This document shows positions 59,638-64,000 of a stretch of DNA of 64,000 bases, piece after piece (positions within the stretch are counted from its first letter, which is position 1; each line of letters opens with the position of its first letter). Origin of the DNA: Thermoplasmata archaeon. Its GTDB lineage: Archaea; Thermoplasmatota; Thermoplasmata; Thermoplasmatales; GCA-001856825. The DNA lies in assembly GCA_021792255.1 (NCBI GenBank), contig JAJYUZ010000002.1, positions 160,001 to 224,000 on the forward strand, written 5' to 3'. Under the pieces are notes generated by a model. The model did not search any database. It had not been told where the DNA came from and worked only from the letters and a program-made list of their open reading frames with translations. The translations under genes were made by a program, and so were the position numbers.

Positions 59638-60717
59638 GTGCAAGCAAGAGCCGAGCTAGATCTATCAAGAGGGAAGGTGGAGCTTCCACTCTTTCTACCA
59701 GTTGCAACTCGAGGTTTCGTCAAGGCAACCCCGATGCAAAAAATCAATGAGATGAACATAAAGGCGCTCATATCCAATTCCGTTCATCTGACAATTTCGC
59801 CGGGATTGGAGACTCTGGAGAAGACTGAAGGGATAAATGGATATACGGGTTTTAAAGGCAGTTATTTCACTGACTCCGGGGGTTTTCAGATACTGAGAAA
59901 GGAGTTAGTTAAGGTAGAAAGGGATGGGATCCTATTCAGAGATAGGAAATCTGGAAAAGCCATAAGAGTGACGCCTGAGGTCAGTTCTGAAATTCAAAGC
60001 AAGATAAGATCTGATGTAGCAATGATGCTTGATGATTGTCCTCCCTACGGCGCAGAAACCAAAAGATATTCTCAGTCAGTGAAGAGGACCTATGAATGGG
60101 GAAAGATATTCTCTTCACTTAAAGCTCACAATCAGAAAAGATTCGGTATCATCCAAGGAGGATTTGAAGGAGAACTGAGGTCTGAGAGTGCAAGATTGAT
60201 GACTTCCTTAGAATTTGATGGGTTTGCGATAGGAGGGTTGAAGATAGGCGAGCCTAAGGAATTCACTGACAGAGTTCTTGCAAAGACAATTCCTCTGATT
60301 CCAAAGGAATATCCAGTTTATCTTATGGGAGTTGGAGATCCTCTCTCCATAGTTGAATATACCAAGGCAGGAATAGACATTTTTGATTCGACCTATCCTA
60401 CGAGAAATGCCAGACATGGATTTGCGTTGACCAATGGTGGTCCAGTCAATTTAAAGAATGCTAAACACTCTAACGACTTTCAACCGATAGAAAGTGGTTG
60501 TTCCTGTGAAACTTGCACTTTCTACGACAAGTCGATGCTGAGGGAACTGCACAAGAATGAGGATCCTTCTTTTCAATACTTGATGACTATCCATAATCTG
60601 GACTTTATGCAGAGATTCATGGAATCAGTCCGAAATGATACTGAAAAGGCGTGGTCAATTGCCAAGAATTTCAGCAAAGTCAATAACTCAGAAGTCAATT
60701 ACGACAAAGTTGGGTAG
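59638..60717 (+). CDS. tgt: Bacterial-type tRNA-guanine transglycosylase
   Basis: FLPVAT, TDSGGFQ, LDDCP, FGIIQGG, IGGLKIGE, YLMGVG, DIFD..PTRNARHG, CxCxxC..HN; no PUA domain. Confidence 0.88.
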   Translation: MQARAELDLSRGKVELPLFLPVATRGFVKATPMQKINEMNIKALISNSVHLTISPGLETLEKTEGINGYTGFKGSYFTDSGGFQILRKELVKVERDGILFRDRKSGKAIRVTPEVSSEIQSKIRSDVAMMLDDCPPYGAETKRYSQSVKRTYEWGKIFSSLKAHNQKRFGIIQGGFEGELRSESARLMTSLEFDGFAIGGLKIGEPKEFTDRVLAKTIPLIPKEYPVYLMGVGDPLSIVEYTKAGIDIFDSTYPTRNARHGFALTNGGPVNLKNAKHSNDFQPIESGCSCETCTFYDKSMLRELHKNEDPSFQYLMTIHNLDFMQRFMESVRNDTEKAWSIAKNFSKVNNSEVNYDKVG

Positions 60718-60783
60718 GTGGCAGAGCGGCTATGCACGGGACTGCAGATCCCGACTATTGGGGTTCGAATCCCCACCTACCCT
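60712..60783 (+). tRNA. tRNA-Cys(GCA)
   Basis: Acceptor GGGTAGG/CCTACCC, U73, anticodon stem CGGGA/TCCCG, CT-GCA-GA, TTCGAAT T-loop. Confidence 0.95.
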
Positions 60784-61006
60784 TGAACAATTTGAGTTCG
60801 GGTACAAGAGCGTCCATTTAACGTAGGAGACCACGTATAATGGGACTTCCTGAAATGATATTTTAGAATTCAACAAGGAATTATTCGAACATTCCTATAA
60901 CCCATACGATTTGAGTCTCCGCCTACCAGAACGGCCTCAAGCCTTCTATTCGTGTGACTTACGAATGGAGGAATCGCTATGATGGAAGGAAGGTTTGAAG
61001 TGGGAG

Positions 61007-61726
61007 CTATCCACTCATGACACTAATTTCATCGTGGATAAGGGTCAGGTAGCTAGAAAGCTGCACATTTAAATCCAAAATTATGAATGCAAAGGAGCCA
61101 TGATAGCCAACAACATAGAGGGAGTAATCGTTCGTAGCGTTAAGAATTGTATATGTGTGGTTCAGTATGAAGTATGAGAAACTGAAGCCTTCATAGGTTA
61201 CATTCTGAACGTTTATAGTGTAGCTGGAATTGGTAACTCTGTAATCTTGTACTCCTTCCTCATACAAATGGCTAGAGAAATTGAAGCAGGATGATGAAGA
61301 AGAGAATTTCAGCGATTCAATGACCAGTGTGCCTGAGACGTTGCCAGAAGCAGATTTGTAATTGGAAATCATCGTTTCGTATTCGGTCACGTTGAGAGAA
61401 TAGTTGCCGGAGCTTTCGTTGCTGTAGCTCGTGAATAACTTTTGGCTCGTTAAACCGAAGACTACTGAGCTAGCGACGAGGGCTATTCGCGGGGACGTAG
61501 CTGAAGAATTGTGATCTAAAACATAAATTATCGCGGATAAGACGACGGCAATAACGACCACAACCACGATTGCAACGGCGAAGGTGCGTCCGAGTTTAGA
61601 AGAGAAAAGTGAGCGCTTAGGAGGAACGGTTGTTTCAGTCGGAGATTGAACATCTTTTTGGTCTTTCATAGTACCCATCTTGGACCTGTGTACGAAAGTG
61701 TTTGCTTCAGAGAGTGGGCTTGCCAA
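61007..61726 (-). CDS. Membrane-anchored extracellular protein (start probably internal Met)
   Basis: Single TM (VAIVVVVVIAVVL) followed by a Ser/Asn-rich domain. Confidence 0.7.
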   Translation of the reverse strand: MASPLSEANTFVHRSKMGTMKDQKDVQSPTETTVPPKRSLFSSKLGRTFAVAIVVVVVIAVVLSAIIYVLDHNSSATSPRIALVASSVVFGLTSQKLFTSYSNESSGNYSLNVTEYETMISNYKSASGNVSGTLVIESLKFSSSSSCFNFSSHLYEEGVQDYRVTNSSYTINVQNVTYEGFSFSYFILNHTYTILNATNDYSLYVVGYHGSFAFIILDLNVQLSSYLTLIHDEISVMSG

Positions 61727-62823
61727 AACTTGACCTCCCGTAGAAAAATGAGAAAGAAATCAAAAATCGGTCTTTTCATTTTAAAGAAAAAACGATTCTT
61801 ATACGGTATCAAAATAATCATCCCTCCAATACAGATAAAATTTCTTATATATAGTTTCCGAAATAGGTTTGGTCATAACTAACACAGTTCTCTGTTTCGA
61901 GCTACGCTTAATGAGGACAAGCATCCTTGTCTTAGTAAAGATTTCATTGGTTTTGTAATCCTAGTTATCATTTTCATTATCGTAACAAGCAAGGCTAATA
62001 GAGAGGCGCTTTGGGACACGTATGTGAATGTTGAATCTGGCCTTTCTCAAATAGCCATGGCCTCCAGATATTTGAAACATCTTGTGGCCTGGAATACCTG
62101 TCTATCCGAGTCCCCACTAGCCCAGACGTGTATGAACGCTTTATGCGCAAACTGACAATATAGGGAAAGAGAAGCTCTACACTCAAAAAGAAGGCATCAA
62201 TCACAACGACTCAAAAAGCAGCAGGCAAACTATCATACCACATATATCTATGCGTTTCAACTATCATCTGGTTAGTTAAGCTTCTCTTCTGTCGGTCCCC
62301 AATCTTCATACATAAACATCTCATTAGCCTCGCTCTATCAGCAAATTAAGTATTTCTCTAGAACGAGCATAAAGATATTCAGATGACCATGAGATGTGAC
62401 TGTCGGGAAGTACCCAATTAATTATTCAACCGGGTGCCCACCTACCCTTTTATAAAAATGTAACAACGATGCATAATATCAACAGAATTTTATGGTACAG
62501 AACGGGAGGAAATGCTGAGTTGCCAGATAGAGCCAAGGGGGTGGATTCGAATATTTTCCTAATCAAGGAGGATCGAACATCCACATATAATTACATATAA
62601 ATTAATGAATAATAATGACAACAATATACCGCAAATCATAAAGGATAAACTCTCGGAATCACGGTCTTCTTCAAGCACGGAAAGCAGAGATTCAAATACT
62701 GTAATACTGAATTGAATTCGAACGTCTAACTGTCCGTTAGAATTAGACTTAAACAAATTCGATATGAGCCTACTCGGTTTTAAGTGGGCAACGTTTAATA
62801 CCTATTGATATCTATAGCTACAT

Positions 62824-63084
62824 ATGGTCACGACCATACAAATAGATGAGAAGGTCAAGGCGAAGCTTGATGAACTCAAAATACATCACAGAGAATCTTA
62901 TAACGAACTTATCTCAAGATTGATAGCTTCTTCATCTCCAAATATTGCGAGTAGAGAGTCAATGATAGAAACACTGGAAATTCTGTCTGATCCAGAAATG
63001 ATGAAAGGAATAGCTCGTGGAATTAAAGATTACGAAGAAGGACGAATTAGACCGCTTAGAGAAATCAAGAAGGAGTTGCACTGA
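62824..63084 (+). CDS. Antitoxin (RHH-like N-terminus, RelB-like C-terminus)
   Basis: TTIQI...K.KL..LK...ESY.E.I.RL; ETLEILSDPE; directly upstream of RelE. Confidence 0.8.
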   Translation: MVTTIQIDEKVKAKLDELKIHHRESYNELISRLIASSSPNIASRESMIETLEILSDPEMMKGIARGIKDYEEGRIRPLREIKKELH

Positions 63085-63086
63085 GT

Positions 63087-63341
63087 TTGCGTTATGAGGT
63101 GATTCTTACTGCAGAGGCAGAGGAATTTCTTCGAAAGTGTGACAACTCAGTAAAAAGAAGAATCACAAACGGACTATCTCGATTAGAGAAGGAGCCTGAG
63201 TTAGGCAAACCGCTTACCGCGGTTTTAAGAGGAATGAGAAGTTTAAGAATTGGGAATTACAGAGCTATATATCAAATAAAGGATACAGAATTGATCGTTT
63301 TAGTTGTAAAAATTGGTCATCGAAGAAATGTGTATTCATGA
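63087..63341 (+). CDS. RelE/ParE family toxin
   Basis: GKPL...L.G.RSLRIGNYRAIY...VVKIGHRRNVY. Confidence 0.92.
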   Translation: MRYEVILTAEAEEFLRKCDNSVKRRITNGLSRLEKEPELGKPLTAVLRGMRSLRIGNYRAIYQIKDTELIVLVVKIGHRRNVYS

Positions 63342-63490
63342 GTTTTGGTATGCTCCCTTATAGAACTGATAAGAAATTAATCTTTGAGCAAAAGCTCCAA
63401 GATAAGTAAATGGATGACTATAATTTCTTTAAATGTTGAGATTTGAACAAAGTTTTAAGGGAGTACAGTCAATGATTCATTTTTCTGACG

Positions 63491-63769
63491 TTAATCCAAC
63501 CACGGGTATGCATCAGAGCGTATTGCAATTCTTACCACCCTTATGGTCTCCTCTTGGAGGTAATATATAAGCCGGTAATCACCTACTCTCAGTTTGAAGT
63601 ATGTGTGTTTGGTCTCAGAAAGTTTCTTGGTATCGAGCCTGTTGGATCCGTCGTAGGGATTTTCCGCAAGCTCATTCAACTTCTCCCTTATTCTATCTTG
63701 TTCCTTCTTCTGTAGTGTTTTGAATTCCTTTGAAGCTGTAGTTGAGACGAGAACACTATTTCTCGTCAA
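63491..63769 (-). CDS. RelE/ParE family toxin
   Basis: L.ENPY...KKL...FKLRVGDYRLIY...IAIRSDAY. Confidence 0.9.
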   Translation of the reverse strand: MTRNSVLVSTTASKEFKTLQKKEQDRIREKLNELAENPYDGSNRLDTKKLSETKHTYFKLRVGDYRLIYYLQEETIRVVRIAIRSDAYPWLD

Positions 63770-63941
63770 GGGGGACGAACTCCTCTGTGTCAGTTATTCT
63801 GTCAAGTTCGTTGAAGAACATGGCTTTCCTGCTAATTTCTATGAGGTTTTGTATGACTTCATCATAGGTCTGCCCCTTCCTTCCAAGTTTCTTGAGTCTC
63901 TCCCTCGTCTCTTTGGAAACTTGTATGGTAGTTTGGCTCAT
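63756..63941 (-). CDS. Antitoxin (RHH-like)
   Basis: TTIQVSKETRERLK.LG.KGQTYDEVI; overlaps the toxin start. Confidence 0.82.
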   Translation of the reverse strand: MSQTTIQVSKETRERLKKLGRKGQTYDEVIQNLIEISRKAMFFNELDRITDTEEFVPLDEK

Positions 63942-64000
63942 AGTACATAAATGCTACAGTCATATATAACCATTATTCAGATAAATACATTACACATAAC

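Noticed and set aside
61880-62780. Short ORFs at 61995-62204 and 62559-62756
   Set aside because: No motifs or translation signals; possibly decayed sequence that cannot be assigned.
1-64000. CRISPR arrays, IS elements, rRNA genes and the many antisense ORFs in the track
   Set aside because: No spaced repeats, transposase or rRNA sequence seen; the antisense ORFs overlap well-supported genes.

Overview
Archaeal chromosomal window, most likely from a Thermoplasmata genome. The evidence is an HU/HTa-type nucleoid protein, a Thermoplasma-type Zn-ferredoxin, Rpe, Fhs/FTCD and archaeal information-processing genes (TBP, RFC-L, PriL, TFS, TiaS, SRP19, aIF5B, eL8/eS28/eL24). It is mostly dense housekeeping DNA. 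RNA genes read from the sequence are an intron-containing tRNA-Ser(GGA), tRNA-Cys(GCA), the SRP (7S) RNA and an unannotated three-hairpin box H/ACA guide RNA. The most notable signal is a dispersed queuosine-type gene set in an archaeon: queD-queC, a canonical QueF with the intact NADPH-binding motif, and a bacterial-type preQ1-class TGT. Other points of interest are a three-gene operon ending in a HerA/VirB4-like ATPase fused to a PD-(D/E)XK-like domain, an NfeD protease with His at the catalytic Lys position, a K-turn over the L7Ae ribosome-binding site, a PIP-box-bearing DUF72 protein, a doubly frameshifted nucleotidyltransferase, and an accessory region with two RelE-type toxin-antitoxin pairs after tRNA-Cys. 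All calls come from motif recognition by eye; no database searches or folding programs were run.
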